A stretch of 64,000 nucleotides of DNA from Actinomycetota bacterium (GTDB lineage: Bacteria; Actinomycetota; CADDZG01; JAHWKV01; JAOPZY01). Made by a program: the position numbers and the translations under genes. The DNA is taken from assembly GCA_035765775.1 (NCBI GenBank), contig DASTWV010000057.1, positions 27,160 to 91,159 of the forward strand. Direction: 5' to 3'. This document shows, piece after piece, positions 62,275 through 64,000 of this stretch (position 1 is the stretch's first letter; the number at the start of each line of letters is the position of its first letter). The notes below the pieces were generated by a model that was not told where the DNA came from, ran no database searches, and saw nothing but the letters and a program-made list of their open reading frames with translations.

Positions 62275-63804
62275 TTATTCGGTCAGCGATGCTCCGCCGG
62301 AGAACTGCGAGAGCCGGAAGACCACGAACTCAGCGGGCTTAACCGGGGCAACGCCGATCTCGCAGATCACCATCCCGGCGTCGATCGACTCCGCCGGGTT
62401 GGTCTCGTCGTCGCACTTCACGTAGTACGCCTGGTCGGGGTTCAGACCGAACAGGGCGCCCTTGCGCCACTCGTTCACCAGGAAGGTGGCGATGGTGCGG
62501 CGCATCTTGGCCCACAGCGCATAGTCGTTCGGCTCGAAAACGGCCCACTGGGTGCCGCCCAGGATGGACTCCTCCAGGTAGTTGAACAGCCGCCGGATGT
62601 TGAGGTACCGCCACGCCGGGTCGCTGGACAGGGTGCGGGCGCCCCACACCCGCGTGCCCCGGCCGGGGAAGTTGCGGATGCAGTTGATGCCGTGGGGGTT
62701 CAGGAGGTCGTGCTCGCTCTTGGTGATGTTCAACTCCAGGGTGATCGCCCCCCGGACCACCTCGTTGGCAGGTGCCTTGTGCACGCCCCGGGTGTCGTCG
62801 TTGCGCCCCCAGATGCCCGCCATGTGCCCGCTGGGCGGGACGAAGATGTTCTGCCCCGAGGCGGGGTCGAAGACCTTGATCCACGGCCAGTACAGGGCGG
62901 CGTACTTGGAGTCGTAGCCCGCCTTGTCCACCCGCCACTCCCGGATCTGCTGGGCGTTCAGCCCGGGCGGGGAGTCGAGGATGGCCACCCGGTCGCCCAT
63001 CAACTCGCAGTGGGCGATCATCGCCAGCTGGACCGCCTTCAGCCCCTCCTGGTCGATCATGCCCTTCTGGTAGGCGGCCATGAGGTCGGGCACGCACACC
63101 ATCGTGATCGGGTCGATGGCCTCCAGGCCCCCGAAGCCGGTCCGGTCCGACGCGTCGCCTACGTAGTCGTCCGGCGCCAGGCGGGCCGGGGCGGGCGGGC
63201 TGCCCCCGCCGGTCAGGCTCACGGTGGACTTGACGGGCTTGTCGAGCGCGGCGCCCGGCGTGGCCTCCTCGATGCGGATCACTTTGGAGACGGCGTTCAC
63301 CATGGCCACCACGTTCTGGCGACCCTTCTTGGTGCTGGCCTTGTCGAACTCCTCGACCTGTTGGCCGTCGCGGCGGATGATGAGCTTGAACTGGTCCTCG
63401 GTGGCGCCCTCCCCGGGGTCGGCCACCTCGACCGAGATGTTGTTGCCCGCCGCCCCCGGCTCCAGCGCCCGGATGACGTAGCCGCCCAGCCGGGCGTCGG
63501 CCCCGCTGGCCAACTCGCCCCGCGGCCCGGAGCCGTTGCCGTCGCCGCCCACCCGGACGACGTAGCACGCTCCCCCGCCGTTGAGGAAGTACCCGTACAC
63601 CGCGTGGGCGAGGTAGGTGCCCTCGACGAACTCGCCGAAGGTGTTCGTGAACTGGCCCCAGTTGGTGCAGAGCGTCGGCTCGTTCAAGGGGCCCTGGGCA
63701 GCAAGGCCGACGAACGCGGCCACCGCCGTCCCCACGCCTTCGATCGGCCGGGATCCGGAGTCCACCTCCTCGACATAGACGCCGGGGGACAGGTACTGGG
63801 GCAT
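62275..63804 (-). CDS. Contractile tail sheath protein
   Basis: 509 aa. The N-terminal MPQYLSPGVYVEEVDSG is the canonical sheath start. A C-terminal conserved sheath domain follows (WPWIKVFDP...GINCIRNFPGRGTRVWGARTL). A strong GAGGAGGAGG RBS lies upstream. Confidence 0.9.
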   Translation of the reverse strand: MPQYLSPGVYVEEVDSGSRPIEGVGTAVAAFVGLAAQGPLNEPTLCTNWGQFTNTFGEFVEGTYLAHAVYGYFLNGGGACYVVRVGGDGNGSGPRGELASGADARLGGYVIRALEPGAAGNNISVEVADPGEGATEDQFKLIIRRDGQQVEEFDKASTKKGRQNVVAMVNAVSKVIRIEEATPGAALDKPVKSTVSLTGGGSPPAPARLAPDDYVGDASDRTGFGGLEAIDPITMVCVPDLMAAYQKGMIDQEGLKAVQLAMIAHCELMGDRVAILDSPPGLNAQQIREWRVDKAGYDSKYAALYWPWIKVFDPASGQNIFVPPSGHMAGIWGRNDDTRGVHKAPANEVVRGAITLELNITKSEHDLLNPHGINCIRNFPGRGTRVWGARTLSSDPAWRYLNIRRLFNYLEESILGGTQWAVFEPNDYALWAKMRRTIATFLVNEWRKGALFGLNPDQAYYVKCDDETNPAESIDAGMVICEIGVAPVKPAEFVVFRLSQFSGGASLTE

Positions 63805-63945
63805 AGGGCCTCCTCCTCGCTACGAGGTCGATGTGCAGGATCTGGCGTCCAGCGTCCGCCTTTCGGGAGGCGGCAACAACGGCCAAGCGGACCGTTCTCG
63901 GGGAAGGCCTGGCTGCCCTCTTGGGTTGCCTGAAGAGGCAGACCC

Positions 63946-64000
63946 CTACTCGCTGCCCTCTTTCTCTTCCTCTTCTTCCTCCTGGCGCTGCACGGGAGCG
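63946..64000 (-). CDS. 3' end of an upstream gene with poly-Glu C-terminus (partial)
   Basis: The minus-strand frame ends ...APVQRQEEEEEEKEGSE* at ~63946 and continues beyond the window end. It is 140 bp upstream of the sheath gene across a hairpin-containing spacer. Confidence 0.25.
   Translation of the reverse strand, partial: APVQRQEEEEEEKEGSE

Noticed and set aside
63860-63885. Hairpin CCGCC-n9-GGCGG upstream of the sheath gene, as a terminator or attenuator
   Set aside because: It is only a 5-bp stem with a large loop and no U-tract, so it is too weak to call. The region is more likely a promoter/5'UTR for the CIS operon.

Overview
This is a high-GC (~70%) window from an actinobacterial-type chromosome. 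Many long ORFs in the six-frame track are off-frame or antisense artefacts of the GC content. Calls below use conserved motifs, tight gene packing and GC3 bias. The track also appears to count GTG/TTG as starts, so several true starts were recomputed in-frame. From 5' to 3' the window holds the following.

(1) An exopolysaccharide locus (1-6830): a partial tandem GT4-GT4 glycosyltransferase, UDP-glucose 6-dehydrogenase, and a Wzc-type tyrosine autokinase. The Wzc gene is separated from its LMW-PTP (Wzb) partner by two tiny regulators, a BldC/MerR-like HTH and a sigma-70 region-4-only protein.

(2) A SAM-methyltransferase followed by an orphan beta-class DNA methyltransferase and a HicA-like toxin, then nitroreductase, an ECF(COG4941)-sigma/YciI pair, and a MidA-like methyltransferase.

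(3) A lower-GC islet with decayed ORFs, palindromes and a small secreted protein, next to minus-strand tRNA-Glu(CTC)/tRNA-Gln(CTG).

(4) A second glycan-modification operon pair (15858-25452): an acyltransferase-3, three FkbM methyltransferases, a CmoB-like methyltransferase and another tandem GT4-GT4. This is consistent with an O-methylated and O-acylated polysaccharide.

(5) An IS1182-family insertion, a REP13E12-like DUF222/HNH element, and a PadR regulator with an upstream palindrome.

(6) Housekeeping genes (aspS, HIT, thrS, ABC-F ATPase, APH-like kinase, tRNA-Val, O-methyltransferase, Sir2, TrmH, quinone oxidoreductase).

(7) The most notable region is a ~15-kb translationally coupled minus-strand operon (63804->48846). 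It encodes a phage-tail-like contractile injection system: sheath, two tube proteins, a LysM hub, a VgrG-like spike, gp25/W, gpJ, gpI and PAAR. Three components are atypical. A 1125-aa Pro-rich protein with ~55-aa tandem repeats (core PLxERPIATALP) sits in the tape-measure slot, preceded by overlapping small ORFs in a -1 frame arrangement. An 882-aa double zinc-ribbon / coiled-coil / single-TM / discoidin-like protein is embedded between gpI and PAAR, where extracellular systems carry a tail fibre. A regulator with N-terminal NB-ARC ATPase + TPR and C-terminal SARP (wHTH+BTAD) domains lies convergent to the operon. Sheath-upstream genes (cap, ATPase, effectors) would lie beyond the window end.
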